From positions 11,401,134-11,465,133 of the forward strand of contig NC_057718.1 of NCBI RefSeq assembly GCF_004010195.1: a DNA stretch of 64,000 bases, in the 5' to 3' direction. Shown here piece by piece: positions 47,596 through 60,612 of the stretch (positions are counted from its first letter, which is position 1; every line of letters starts with the position of its first letter). The DNA is from Chiloscyllium plagiosum (taxonomy: Eukaryota). The notes under the pieces were generated by a model, which did no database searches, was not told the origin of the DNA, and saw only the letters and a list, made by a program, of their open reading frames with translations. Position numbers and translations under genes: made by a program.

Positions 47596-50099
47596 GTCTT
47601 ATAAAATTGCTCCATTCTGTGGTGCACCATACTTATCAGGTAATCCGAAAGGGACGTGCTCCATCACTAGTCTGCGTCACCCTGCAAGACCTGGAGGTTT
47701 TTCTAATATCCAATTCATGAGGATGTTCTTCCTCGCTCTGTGTGTAAGAATATTGAATACTCTCTTCCCATGCTCACCCAAAAGACAGCAGATTCGGTCG
47801 TCCCAAAAGGAGCGACACCAGATCCTCCCTAACATTCATTCCCAGAATCCTCTCCAGCTCATTCACTATGGCCCCACCAGTATCCACGGAGCTTGGAACA
47901 GGACCAAAAGCAATGTGTAAGGGTGCCGATACTGTTATTACATTTGGGACCTTTCGAGAAGATCCTTTCTTAAACTTTGCTAACCTCTGTGGTGCCATAT
48001 GGGCCCTGTGGATGATCTCAATTGCATCGCTTGCACCTCACTGTATATTGAAACGTTCTTCACATTCTCCCATATATCCTCCCATGTTTCTGATGAAATT
48101 TCTTCCCCTAACTCCTGATTCCAGATCCCATGGAGTCTCTCCATATCCCCCAAGGCATTCCCTCTCTGCAGATGGTATATGGTACTAACTAAGAGAGTAC
48201 CCCATATTGGAGCACTCTTCTTTCTATATCTGAATTGTGGGGCTGGGTCAAGAACGTGGTCTTCTTCTGTATGTAATCCCTAACCTGGAAATATTGGAAA
48301 AGGTCCTATTGAGAATCCCATATTTCTGACTTAATTGTTTAAAAGACATCAAGACGTCTCCTTCGAATGAATCTCCCAAACAGGAGATTCTTTTACCCTC
48401 CATGTTCTGAAGCTGGAGTCCATTGACCCCGGTCTAAATCCTGGGGCTCCCACTAACGGGGTGAACAGTGATGTCTTAAGCAATTTGCCCTCACCCAGCC
48501 GCATAATCCTCCATGCTTTCACCGTATTTATGATAATCATGCTCTCACAGTGCTCAACCATAGATCTCATCTTATCCATAAACTGTAAGTTGTTGAGGGG
48601 GCATGTCACCTGCGAGGCCTCAACATCAAGCCATATCGACTTTGAGTCATTGTGCACCCATTCACCTACATATGACAGCAGGGTGCCTGTTTGGTATCTC
48701 TTCAGATCTGGAAGGTCATTCCCCCCCATATCCTGTGGAAGTTGCAGCTTAGTAAATTTAATTCGGGGGCCCCTACAGCTCCAAATAAAGAATCCAAGCC
48801 AACCGGCAAACCTCCGCAGCGTGCTTGTTTGGGTAATAACAATGGGAGCATCCTCATGGGATATAATAACCGAGGAAGAAGAATCAATTTAATCAAGGCT
48901 ACACAGCCTAACCATGATATGGGTAGTCCCTCCCACTGTTGCAAGTCCTGCTTTATTCTCTCAAACAACTGCACAAAGTTAGCTCTGTACAGCTGACAGA
49001 AGGTAGGGGTAATACAATTTCTCAGATAGAGAAAACCTTTCTGTGACCATCTAAAAGGAAACTCCATTCCGTCCTCCAGCTTTGGTACTTCCATCAATTC
49101 CCCCCACTTCCAACTTTGCAAAATTTATCCTGTATCCCGAAAAGCTGCCGAATTATTTAATGTTTTTGTATTAGCCGGGGTACGGACTTTTCCGGGTTAG
49201 CCAAAAGCAGAAAGACGTCATCCACATAAAGAGTAATTTTGTGTTCCCCAATTCCCACCTTTGGTGTCACTGTTTCAGGGACTTTTCGGATGGTCTCCGC
49301 CAATGGTTCAAGTACCAGAGTAAACAGCAGCGACAAGAAGGCGGAGAAGGATTCCCAGTCGGCTGCCTCTCCCCACACTAAAATTGCTCGATTTGACCCC
49401 ATTCGCCTTGGGTCTCTATATAATAATACCACCCCCTGGCGAAGGTCCTTCCCAAACTCAAAGCGATCCAGAACAGCACATAGATACGACCAATCCACCT
49501 GACCAAAAGCCTTTTCTGCATCCAGGGAGACCACCAAGCCCGGAACCAATCCCTGCTGACAAACTTGCACTGTGTTCAGTACCCTCCTGATATTGTTGGA
49601 GGAGCTGCGGTCCTTGATAAAACCTGTCTGGTCCTCTTTTATAAGAACGGGCGGCACCTTCTCCAACCCAAGCACCTTTGATAAAATTTTAAAATCCGCA
49701 CTCAACAACAAGATGGGCCTATACTACGTGCAGTCCTCGGGATCTTACCCTTTCTTTAAAATAAGTGAGATATTAGCCTCCCTAAGAGAAGGCGGATGGC
49801 AGTCCTGGCTATACGAATGACTATATATCTCCAGAAGTGGTTCAGCTAACATGTGTATAAACTCCTTGTAAAATGCACTCGGGAATCTGTCTGGACTGGG
49901 TGCCTTGTCACCTTGGAGCAGCTTTCCCGCTCCTTGCACCTCTTGTATCGTCTGAGGTGCACTTAAAAGGGAGCGCTGATCTGTGTTTATACAGAGAAGG
50001 GCCAGGTTTTCAAAAAAGGATACCATTCTTTCTACTCCATCCCCACAGCCATCCAACCGGTATAACTCTGCATAGAACTCCTGGAATCTGACATTGATC

Positions 50100-50175
50100 T
50101 TCCCAAGGCTGGAATCAAACCCAGGTTCCAGGTGCTGTGAGGCAGCAGTGCTAGCCACTGAGCCACTGTGCTGCT
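50100..50175 (-). mobile_element. HE1 SINE 5' head fragment inside L1 ORF2
   Basis: Reverse complement gcagcacagtggctcagtggctagcactgctgcctcacagcacc...gggtttgattcc. Confidence 0.85.
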
Positions 50176-50929
50176 CCTAAACACATGTAGGCGCACCTCA
50201 AGAGCCATTAAATTAGAGACTGCGTCAACTAAAAACTTGAGGGGATGCGTCGGGGGAACAGTAAATGTTCAGGATACCATACTCTTCTCCGTGTACCAGA
50301 GCCTTGAGAATGATGAACTCATGCTTGATTTGATCTATCACCTCAAATGGAAGGTTCCTTCATACCGGTATGGCCACTTCTCTGTTTTTGGAGCTGAAGG
50401 AGGTGAAGAATACTCTATCGTATCCCCCCTTTCTGTAACTCCAGATGTTCCCTATCAGTTAAATGTGTCTCTTGCAATAGAGCGATGTCAACCCAATCCT
50501 TCTTGAGGTTTGAGAGCACCTTTTTTCTTTTAATGGGAGGATGGCTCCCCTTTATATTCCAGGTGCACCACCTGAACAGTTTGTTAGCCATGACTGCACA
50601 CTACAGCCCACAGTCCCCTGAGAGGAAGAAGCCCATTCTATGTAAGATGAGTGGAGAAAAAACAAACTTGATCAGATCTAAAGACTATTCCTACAAACAC
50701 TATCAAAACTACTAAAACTAAAAAAACTAACCCCTATTCCTAACTTGAACAAATAAACACAAAACAACACACAGATATAATATAAAACATACCAGATTTC
50801 ACACCAAAGCAATACCAAGCCTATAAGGCCCGAGACCCCAAAAGGGAAAAGAACAAAAAGAGAGAAGATTAAAAAAAAATCATGCCATTGTCCGCACACA
50901 TCTTTTTCTCCTTCCCCCTCAGCCAAAGT

Positions 50930-51635
50930 CTATAATTTCAGTGAGTTCAAAAATTCTTGGACTTTTCCTGCCGAGTTGAAGTTAACATAGAACATTACAG
51001 CTCAGTACAGGCCCTTCGGCCCTCGATGTTGCGTGGCCCTGTCATACTAATGTGAAGCCCATCCCACCTACACTATTCCATGTACGTCCATATGCCTGTC
51101 CAATGACGACTTAAATGCACTTAAACTTGGCGAATCTATACCGTTGCAGGCAAAGCATTCCATACCCTTACTACTCTCTGAGTAAAGAAACTACCTCTGA
51201 CATCTGTCTTATACCTATCTCCCCTCACTTTAAAGTTGTGTCCCCTCGTGTTTGCCGTCCCCATACTTGGAAATAGACAGATCCCCCATAATTAAAACAT
51301 AGCACTGACGGGTACCTCAGAGAGTATTGAATGTTTAAACCTCTTAAATTTTTGTTTACATCATCAAAGGTCTTCTTTTTCTTAATTATGGCCCCAGGAA
51401 AATCATGAAAAAACATTGTCTTCGAACCTTTATAAGCCAAAGCCTGTGGATCTCCTCCCAGTCTTCTGGCTGTTTCCATTAGTAATTGCTTTTCCTTGTA
51501 ATGCTGGAGTTGCACTAGGACTGGGCGGGGGCGCTGGGCCTGCTCCACACTCACCCACCCTGAATCAATCTCCAGCCCCAGCAACTTCAGAGGCCAACTC
51601 TCGAGAAAATCGGCCAGGTTTTCACTTGCTTCACA
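50930..51635 (-). pseudogene. L1 ORF1 remnant (C-terminal half)
   Basis: PRPVLVQLQHYKEKQLLM...FFHDFPGAIIKKKKTFDDV...YSLRYPSVL...GGSVY, resuming NFNSAGKVQEFLNSLKL* after the insertion. Confidence 0.85.
50984..51272 (-). mobile_element. CR1 3' fragment inserted in L1 ORF1
   Basis: acatagaacattacag...caggcccttcggccc tail. Excision rejoins the ORF1 frame. Confidence 0.8.
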
Positions 51636-51639
51636 CTCC

Positions 51640-52345
51640 GGTAAATGCGAGGTGCTGCATTTTGGGAAAGCAAATCTTAGCAGGACTTATACACTTAATG
51701 GTAAGGTCCGAGGAGGTGTTGCTGAACAAAGAGACCTTGGAGTGTAGGTTCATAGTTCCCTGAAAGTGGAGTCACAGTAAATAGGATAGTGGAGAAGGCG
51801 TTTGGTATGCTTTCCTTTATTGGTCAGAGTATTGAGTACAGGAGTTGGGAGGTCATGTTGCAGCTGTACAGGACATTGGTTAGGCTGCCGTTGGAAATTG
51901 CGTGCAATTCTGGTCTCTTTCCCATCGGAAAGATGTTATGAAATTTGAAAGTGTTCAGAAAAGATTTACAAGGATGTTGCCAGGATTGGAGGATTTGAGC
52001 TATAGGGAGAGGCTGAACAGGCTGGGGCTGTTTTCCCTGGAGCGTCAGAGGCTAAGGGGTGACCTTATAGAGGTTTACAAAATTATGAGGGGCATGGATA
52101 GGGTAAATAGGGGAGTTGGGGAGTCCAGAACTAGACAGCATAGTTTTAGGGTGAGAGGGGGAAGATATCAAAGAGACCTAAGGGGCAGCTTTTTCACACA
52201 GAGGGTGGTACGAGTATGGAATGAGCTGCCAGAGGAAGTGATGGAGGCTGGTACAATTGCAACATTTAAAAGGTGGGACTAGATTGGGTTGAGTTATCTG
52301 GTCGGCATGGATGGGTTGGACCGAAGGGTCTGTTTCTGCATTGTA
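51640..52345 (+). mobile_element. HER1-like CR1 3' portion
   Basis: VQFWS...VQKRFTRMLPGLEDLSYRERLNRLGLFSLERQRLRGDL and a ctctatgactctatg tail. Confidence 0.92.
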
Positions 52346-52369
52346 CATCTCTATGACTCTATGTCTCTA

Positions 52370-52896
52370 AATCTCAGGAAGGATACACGTCCCTGGAGCA
52401 CGTTCAGAGGAGATTCACAAGAATGGTCCCAGGAATGAAAAGCTTAACATATGAAGAACATTTGAGGACTCTGGGTCTATATTCAATTGAGTTTAGAGGA
52501 TGAGGGGATATCTAATTAACACATACAGAATGCTGAATGGAATGGACAGAGTCGATGTTGGGAAGGTGTTTCCATAGTGGGAGAGACTAAGACCCAAGGG
52601 CAGAGTCTTCGAGCAAAGGGAAGATCTTTTTGAAGAGAAAAGGAAGGACTTCTTCAGCCAGAGAGTGGGGAGTCTATGGAATTCACTGCCACAGAAGGCT
52701 GTGAAGGCTAAGGTCATTGAGTACATTTAAGACTGAGATGGATAGGTTCTTGAGTATCAAGGGGATCAAGGGTTACAGGGAGAAAGCGGGAGAAGGGGTT
52801 GAGAAACTTATCAGCCATGATTGAATGGTGGAGTAGACTCGATGGGCTGAATGGCCTGATTTCTGTTCCTATGTCTTATGGTCTCATGGTCTTATG
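52370..52896 (+). mobile_element. CR1 3' portion (tcttatgg-tail family)
   Basis: gttcagaggagattcacaagaatg (VQRRFTRM). Homologous to 686-996. Confidence 0.85.
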
Positions 52897-52959
52897 AGAG
52901 CTGAGGAAGTTACATTCAGCTGATTAAATCAATCGAGAATAACAACTGCAAGAATGATT

Positions 52960-53392
52960 CACCAAAGTCTACCCACCATCTACAAGGCCCAAGTCAGGAG
53001 TGTGATGGAATGCTCCTCATTTGCCTGGATGGGTGGGGCTCCAACAACACTCAAGAAGCTCAACCCCATTCAGGAGGAAGCAGCCTCATCCACAAGCATC
53101 CATTCCCTCCAGCACCGATGCTCAGTAGCAGCAGTGTGTACCACCTACAAGATGCTCTGCAGAAACTCACCAAAGATCCTCAGACAGCACCTTCCAAACC
53201 CACTTCCATCTAGAAGGACAAGGGCCACAGATGAGTCAAAATCCTAGAATTCCCTGCTGAACAGCACTGTGGGTTTGTTTACAGCACACACCAACTGCAG
53301 CAGCTCACCACCACCTTGTCAAGGGGCAATTAGGGATGGGCAATAAATGGTAGTCCCGACAGCAATGCCTTTGTTGCACGAGGGAATGAAAG
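52960..53392 (+). mobile_element. CR1/L2-group LINE ORF2 end plus tail
   Basis: TIYKAQVRSVMECSSFAWMGGAPTTLKKL...HSLQHRCSVAAVCTTYKM and tail ggggcaattagggatgggcaataaat. Confidence 0.8.
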
Positions 53393-53891
53393 CAAATAGC
53401 AGAGCAGTGTAGTAGGGCTGATCAGGCCATTCCTGATCCTACTGCTACATCTGATCTGGGGCCATCAGCAATGTTTGAATGTTTGGAAAGTCCCAAAAGC
53501 CACCATCAGTCTGGCTATGATCGATAACGAATCAGGGCCAGCTGCTAATGAGAAGTAACAGGCACAGAGAAGCATCTTCAGCCAATGGCTTTGGCAGAAA
53601 AACACCATTCTTTTTTCAGATGTTCTTGTGGTATCACAATTCCTGAAAACAGAACCATTCATTAAACCTTACTCTTCGTGGACTGCTCTGGACCAATTCT
53701 TACACCGAACAACCTCGTGTCTTTTATGAATGTCAGTTGCTTTACTCATGACTTTACATTCGTTTCAAAAATGCCGAAAACTCATAAATATGCACAGGAC
53801 AGCTTTCTGGGGATTTAGGCCCTGAGAAACTATTTTGAACTCTTCCATGATGAGGGCATAACTAGCTTGGCATGGATTTACTGCCCATAGG

Positions 53892-54016
53892 TAAAAACAA
53901 TGACTGCAGATGCTGGAAACCAGATTCTGGATTAGTGGTGCTGGAAAAACACAGCAGTTCAGGCAGCATCCGAGGAGCAGTAAAATCGACGTTTCGGGCA
54001 AAAGCCCTTCATCAAG
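53892..54016 (-). mobile_element. PLE-tail insertion with 13-bp duplication and near-intact hammerhead
   Basis: tactgcccatagg at 53879-53891 and 54017-54029. Minus strand TTGATGA-A-GGGC-TTTT-GCCC-GAAA-CG-TC. Confidence 0.8.
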
Positions 54017-54029
54017 TACTGCCCATAGG

Positions 54030-54520
54030 ACAGTTGAGAGTCAATCACGTTGCCTTTGGTCTGGAGTTACATACAGGTTCAAAACGTGTGGTGCTGGAAA
54101 AGCACAGCAGGTTGGGCAGCATCCAAGGACCAGGAGAGTCGACGTTTCAGGCATAAGCTCTTCATCCGGGATGTCGATTCTCCTGCTCCTCGGATGCTGC
54201 CCGACCTGCTGTGCTTTTCCAGCACCACGCTAATCTTGACTCTGATCTCCAGCATCTGCAGTCCTCACTTTCTTCTGGAGTTATATCTAGACTAGACAAG
54301 ATAAGAATGTCAGATCGTTTCCTCTAAGGCATTAATGAACAAGTTAGTTTTGTTTTAACTAAAATGACAACGGTTTCATGGTCACCATAAGGCCATAATG
54401 TCAGACTTGGTTGAGTTCAAATGTCACCATTTGCCAGAATGGGATTTGAACCGATTTTTCCCTCAGAGCATTGGTCTAGGGGTTCTGGATTGCTAGTCTA
54501 GACACGACCACCACCTTCCC
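54030..54520 (-). mobile_element. tRNA-derived SINE (6510-6850 family) interrupted by an inverted PLE-tail pair (about 54080-54275)
   Basis: gttgagagtcaatcac...tctggagttacat on both sides of the PLE pair, and a gggatttgaacc B-box complement. Confidence 0.7.
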
Positions 54521-54639
54521 ACATGATATATCAAATGGCACAAAGAGGTAGCATGGGTTAACCACCACATCAATTGACCCAGTGATGTTACTACAACAGG
54601 GGCATTGTATAGGAGTGCTAATGCCAGTGGGCTGCTTGG

Positions 54640-54840
54640 GGGAGTTCATTAGCTCAGTTGGCAGAATGAAGAGTGATGCAAACAGCATGGGTTCAATTCT
54701 GCACCAATAAGATTACCAAGAACACCCGACCTCTGAACATTGCTCCTCACCTGAGGAATGGTGACCCTCAGGCTAACTGCACCACAAATTGTCTCTTTCT
54801 CTCAGCCCCAGGGTCCAGTAGGAGTGTGGCTGCTTTGCTA
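54640..54840 (+). mobile_element. tRNA-derived SINE (39407-39676 family)
   Basis: ttagctcagttggc...gggttcaattc...cctcacctgagg...ggtgaccctcagg. Confidence 0.7.
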
Positions 54841-54899
54841 GACTGTTAATCTTAGAGCATTGCCACCAACAACAGAGGAATGGCAGACTGCCAATATGA

Positions 54900-55210
54900 A
54901 ATAATGAGGGCATAACTTCTGAATAAAGGGGCACCAATTTAACACTGAGATGAGGGGTATCTCTTCTCTCTGAAGGTTCTGAGTCTTTGGAACTGCTTGC
55001 CACAGCAAAATGTAATGGGGGAGAACAAAGTCCATGTGTATATTTAAGGCTGAGATAGATAGACTCTCGATCAGTCGGGGAACCAAGGATTATGGGAAAA
55101 GGGTGGGAAGTGGACGTGAGGAGTGTCGGATCAGCCGTGATCCTATTGAATGGCAGAGCAGGTGAGAGGGGCCGAGTGGCCTCCTCCCGTTCCTATTTCT
55201 TATGGTCTTA
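54900..55210 (+). mobile_element. CR1 3' fragment
   Basis: atttaaggctgagatagatag...ggatcagccgtgatcctattgaatggcagagca...ttcttatggtctt. Confidence 0.8.
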
Positions 55211-55214
55211 ACAT

Positions 55215-55526
55215 TTGGAAGATATGACCTTAAATCCTATCACAACAGTTGTGAAATTTAAATCCAATCAATAAATCAGTAATTAAATGCAAGTCACATT
55301 AACGATTGATCTCATTATTTCACTAATGCCTTCACAGACCTGATCTTACCAATATGTGACACTAGACCCATAGCAGTGAGGTTGATCCTTAATTGCCCTT
55401 GGGAATGGCCTGGTAAACTATCTGTGGTGGGTGGCTGACTGCTACCAGTTCAAGGGCAATTATGGATGGGCAATACGTGTTGACCTTACCAGAGATGCTC
55501 AAATCCCAAGAGTAAATGTTAAAAAA
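55215..55526 (+). mobile_element. Diverged SINE (6510-6850 family)
   Basis: agacccatagcagtgaggttgatccttaattgccct and a caagggcaattatggatgggcaata tail. Confidence 0.55.
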
Positions 55527-55614
55527 TGTCTTTTCTTCGGGCGGAGATGTTTAGAATTGAACACATTTTCCAGTTTCATCTTGTTACCAAAGTGACCACC
55601 TGGTGGTTGTGGAT

Positions 55615-55948
55615 AGAATCCTAGAATCTCTACAGTGTGGAAACAGGCCATTTGGACCATCAAATCCACAGCAATGCTTGAACATCATCCCACCCAGACC
55701 CCATTACCCTGTATTTCCCATGATTGAGTCACCTATCCTATACATCCCTGGACACCATGAGTAATTTAACATGGCCAATCCAACTGACCTGCACATCTTT
55801 GGACTGAGAGAGAAAACCGGGGCATCCAGAGGAAACCCACGCAGACATGGGGAGAATGTGCAAACTCCACACAGACAGTCGCCCTAGGGAGAGATCGAAC
55901 CCTGGTCCCTGGCGCTGTGAGGCTAACCACTGAGCCATCATGTCACCC
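55615..55948 (-). mobile_element. HE1-type SINE
   Basis: Reverse complement of the tRNA head, V-domain and tail. Confidence 0.85.
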
Positions 55949-57044
55949 TGAATGCCTGGATGCATGAAGAGAGGATGGGGTTTGGTGATGAGCCATCCAG
56001 TTAGTAACATAAGCATCAGAACCCAATGGTTAGATGATCTTACAACTTTGGGACAATCTTAGAGCACAGTCACCAACAACGGAGGAATGGCAGACTGCCT
56101 TAGGGTGACGTGAGCTGATGAATCCTCAAACAACGGGGCACACAAAGAGGCCAGTTGACCCATTGTATCAATGGCAGGTTTTGGAAAGCACTGTCCACTT
56201 AGTCTCACTCTCCTGCTAATTCCGTACCATCCTGAAAATCTTTCAGGTATTTATCCAATTTAGTTTGGAAAGCTACTACTTCCACCGTCCCCTCAGGCAG
56301 TGCAGTCACGGTTGTAACAACTCGACAGAAAAGAGTTGAGAAAAGCCTTAACAAAACATGATTTGAATTGTTTTCCTGGAAGTGTTACCCCAGTGTAATG
56401 CACCAGACAGCGGTGGAAGCTGAGCAGAGATTTACTTCAGGCTGGGTTCGAGAACCGGATAAATGCAGCACGACAAATAGGTTGACAATAAGAATGATTT
56501 ATGGAAACTAGCCGTGGAGATTTCCACATTTACTGCTCTTGAATTTATTTTAGAAATAGTTGGTAGTGCAGAGCCGAGCCAAGTCAGCAGATGGAAACAT
56601 TTTGTAAATGCATTCCAATATTATTGCAGAGAAGGGTAGGATCAGAAAGCCAGTGTACAATAAATTAAGCAAACACCAGCACATGGTGGAGGGGGTCAGG
56701 CGAAATGTCATCATTGCTAGTTGCCTGCAAAGATCAGGAAGTCAGCTCACTTGGTCACTTTGAGCTTGGGAAGTTGAATCGTGGTCACAGCTGATTGCAT
56801 GCGAGCCAATGAGAACCAGCTCCTTGCCAGAGCCTTGCCAATTAGTCAATCGATCAACTGAAAAAAGAGGTAAACTTTTCCAAACATTGGCAGACGGATT
56901 GAGTAGCGGAGCAGAGACGGCACTAGGGAACAGAATGGTGTGAAATGAAATCCTAAAGATCAGGAGTGTGTTGACACCTCAGCAGCCATTGGGGAGAGTG
57001 AATGAACCACTTGCAAAAGGCAGTGCATTTGAACCTGGAAAGAA

Positions 57045-57535
57045 TATCCCTGCCATAGAGGGAGTATGGCAAAGCTTTACTGGACTGATTCCTGGTCAGA
57101 CTGTTGTATGAGGAGACACTGGTTTGTTTAGGACTATATTCGCTGGACTCTGGAAGAATGAGGAAGATCTCATAGAAGCCTACAAAATCCTAACAGGACT
57201 AGACAGCATAAACACAGGAAGGATCTTCCTAATGGAAGGGGAATCCAGAACCGGGGAGGTGGGGGGGGGTCACAGTCTAAGGATAGGGAGTAAACCATTT
57301 TGGACGTAGATGTGGAGGAATCAGAGAGGAGCAAGCCAGTGGAATTCACAATCCCAGAAAGCAGTCAAGGCCAGAAAACTGAGCGTTCTCAAGAAGGAGC
57401 TGGGTGGAGCGAGGAGGATCAATTTGATTTGAGGGAAAAGCAGGAACAGGTGACTGAGTTGGAAGATCAGCTATGATCATAATGAATGATGGAGCAGGCT
57501 TGAAGGGCTGAATGGCCTGCTGTGCTTCTGGTTTT
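57045..57535 (+). mobile_element. Degenerate CR1 3' fragment
   Basis: EDLIEAYKILTGLD...FLMEGESRT...HSLRI. Confidence 0.75.
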
Positions 57536-58734
57536 CACTCTTTCAGTGGGAGTAGTAAATGTCCAGATGGCGGTGAGAATTGTGACCCAAAGGGTCAAGC
57601 GGTCATGGATCACAATGTGTTGGGGTCACAGGTCAATGCCACCCTCGGGTGAGGGCACTGCCCGCTGACTGAACATTTTCTCAGTAACCAGGAAACTGTG
57701 GGTGAATCTGATCTCGGAAGGCTGTAAGCATTCCGCAATCTGAATGTGTCGCAGATAAGCTGGCTGGACAAAAACCAGGAAGGAGGCGACACAGTCAAAT
57801 ACTTAAAGAGAGGCTCTCCCAGGTCAACCCTCTTCAGAATGTTAGTGCAAGCAATTCTCCTTGTGATGACTTAGGAAGAAATATATTCTACTTTTCACCA
57901 ATGTGCTGAAACCTTTTTCGAGTGGAGAGCTATTAAAATTCCAGCCAGGAAGGTGTTGATATCACACTGTGATCTGGCACTCATTCTGTTGTTTGAGAGG
58001 GCCATCTGTTCCCAATATTCCAGAGCTCACGTTAGCCTCCATCCCAAGGCAGTGTCTGGGAAGCATATCTGTCAAATGAAGACTCCACCTCTCCTTAAAC
58101 TCCACTCTACATAGAGAAACTGAAGCCTATTTGCTTTCTGTCCCATGTGCGTTGGGAGACTGTAAGTAAGAGCGTTGAAAATGTAGACGGCTGATGTGAT
58201 TCCCTGAGCAGAGCATGAAATAATTTCATCCTAAACGTGATACGTCAAGGCAGCAGGCATACAATACTTCAGGAGGTGCATGATGGTCTAGGTTCTATGT
58301 GGCCCTAGGAAATCTCCTAATGCTGCTTAATCAACTGCTCACAAATGCTTGGATAATGTTTATTGACAAAAGAGAGTCAAAGTTAGACCATTGGGTATTG
58401 AGTCTTTTTGTTCATATGCATGTTCCGTCATAATGAATTGAAGATGACAAATGGTATTCACGCTGAACTGGCCAGTGCCTCTCCTGAACAAATACAGTAG
58501 GCAGCTAGCACACTAGCCCCAGCGACCTCCTTCATTGCGTGCACTCATCTGTAGAGGGCCAAGTCTAGCATGCACAGAAAGGGATGTTAATCAGGATTAT
58601 GATAGCAACACTGCAGTCTTTACTCTATGAAACTGCCGATGTCCCTCCAGAGGGAGTTGAATGAGGAAATCCAGAAGCTGCTGTTAGTGGTTCCCTGCTC
58701 CCCCACAGTGAATGTTCTTTAGTCCTTACTGATA

Positions 58735-59197
58735 GAAAACGTAGATAAATGGAGCAGGAGTAGGCCATTCTGTTGAACAAGCCCACCCGACCATTCAACA
58801 ATTACATAGCTGTTCCTCAAACATTGCCATATTTACGTACTGTCTCTCTCTCCCTTGATGCCTTTAACTTCTAAAAATCTATGTCTTTCCTGAATGTGTT
58901 CTATGTCTTCACCTCCACAGCCTTCTTCCATGGAGAATTCCATGCGTTCACCATGGGTGAGGAAATTTCTCCTCGTCTCTGTCCAAAATGCCCTACTGCG
59001 TATCGCGAGGCTGTGACTCCTTAATGTGGACACAACCCTACCTCCTCTCCCCACCTTGCCATCCAGGGAAATCATCATCCTTGCATCCAATCTGTCCAAC
59101 CAGCCCCCTGTCAGAATTTTACATGTCTCTCTGAGGTCCCCTCTCATTCCTGTAAACTCCAGTGAATACCCGCCCTGCTGTCCCAATTTCTTCATCA
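58735..59197 (-). mobile_element. Degenerate CR1 3' fragment
   Basis: YSLEFTGMRGDLRETCKILTG...HSLAIRSRAFWTETRRNF. Confidence 0.75.
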
Positions 59198-59669
59198 ATT
59201 AGAAACCTACCAACTTGGTATGAATTGCTATGAATGTGTTAAAACACTTGGAAAATGCTATCCTCATTGATTTAGAGATAACTGGGTTTTAACAGTGTTC
59301 TACGTGATAATTCCAAAAACAAACTCTATGGCCCAGAAAAAAATTTGGTTTTGAATTCATAAAACATCAAATTTCCTAATCTTTGCTTAAAAAATTGTCT
59401 AGAGTTTGAAAATAAGTTATTAAATGTGCTTCAAGATATTTCAGCTTCTACCTTAATCTTATGCCCCAATTTTGTGTTGGTTTTTGTAAAATTTGTAAAG
59501 TGAATAGGAAGACCAGCTTGTTACTTCCTGGTTGGCTGTCCATGGGAATGCTTCAAGGTGATTGGTTGCTTCACTTTTTGATGATATCCCTTTTGTTTGG
59601 CACTTTGAGATCCCCCTCTGTCTTCAGGTACCATGAAGAGGCATTGGAAACCATAGGCTTCTGCAAGAT

Positions 59670-60612
59670 GTATACAATTAATGGTTGGGGCCCTGGGTAG
59701 TGTTGTAGAACAGAGGGACCTGTGGGTTCAGGTATATAATTCTTTGAATTTTGCATCACATATCGACGGAGTGGTTGAAAAAGTGTTGAGTGCGGTTGGC
59801 TTCCTTGCTCAGTTCTTTGAGTATCAGAGTTGGGATGTCATGTTGAGGTTGTACAGGACATTGGCGAGGCCTCTTCTGGAGCACTGTGTCCAATTCTGGT
59901 CACCCTGATATAGGAACAATGTTTAGATTTGATTCCCTACCGTGTGGAAACATGCCCTTTGGCCCAACAAGTCCACACTGACCCGCCAAAGAGCAACCCA
60001 CCCAGACCCATTCCCCTACATTTACCCCTTCACCTAACACTACGGGTAATTTAGCATGGCCAATTCACCTCACCTGCACATTTTTGGACTGTGGGAAGAA
60101 ACCAGAGCACCCAGAGGAAACCCATGCAGACACGGGGAGAATGTGCAAATTCCACACAGACAGTTGCCCGAGGCGGGAATTGAACCCGGGTCCTGGCACT
60201 GTGAGGCAGCAGTGCTAACCACTGAGCCACCGTGCTGCCAATGTTATTAAGCTATAGAGGGCTCAGAAGAGATTCACCAGGATGTTGCTGGGTATGGAAT
60301 GTTTGAGTAATAAAGAAAGGATGTATAGGCTGAGACATTGTTCAGCAGAGCACTGGGGTTTGGGAGGTGACCTTATAGAGGTCTATAAAATCATGAGGGC
60401 TATAGATAGGATTAATGGTAGGTATCCTTCCATCAGGTGGGGCATTTCAAGAAGTTGGGGCATATTTTTAAGATGAAAAGAAGGTGATTTAAAAAAGATA
60501 TGGGGGACAAATTCTTTTATTCAGAGGCTGGTTCGTTTGTGGAATGAATTCCCAGAGGAAGTGGTGGATGTGGGTACAATTACATTTGTTTCCAAACAGT
60601 ATGAGTCTATGA
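59670..60612 (+). mobile_element. CR1/HER1-like 3' portion interrupted by HE1
   Basis: LRLYRTLARPLLEHCVQFWSP, then GDLIEVYKIMRAIDRIN and WNEFPEEVV. Confidence 0.85.
59924..60238 (-). mobile_element. HE1-type SINE with 7-bp TSD
   Basis: caatgtt at 59917-59923 and 60239-60245. Confidence 0.9.

Larger units (their letters stand above)
47090..50591 (-). pseudogene. L1 ORF2 remnant (APE endonuclease, reverse transcriptase, CCHC)
   Basis: ATG at 50591: MANKLFRWCTWNIKG, DIALLQETHL, GILNIYC (EN). KAPSPDRFPSAFYK, LLSADFKILSK, DQTGFIKDR, SLDAEKAF, LYVDD (RT). KCNNSIGTLTHCFWSC (about 47895-47946). Ends WWPILNH...*. Many frameshifts. Confidence 0.9.
46683..51635 (-). mobile_element. L1-clade LINE, 5'-truncated, decayed, with three nested insertions
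   Basis: ORF1 C-terminal half, T-rich inter-ORF spacer, EN, RT and CCHC motifs in correct order. AATAAA and A-rich end on the minus strand near 46683-46712. Confidence 0.92.
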
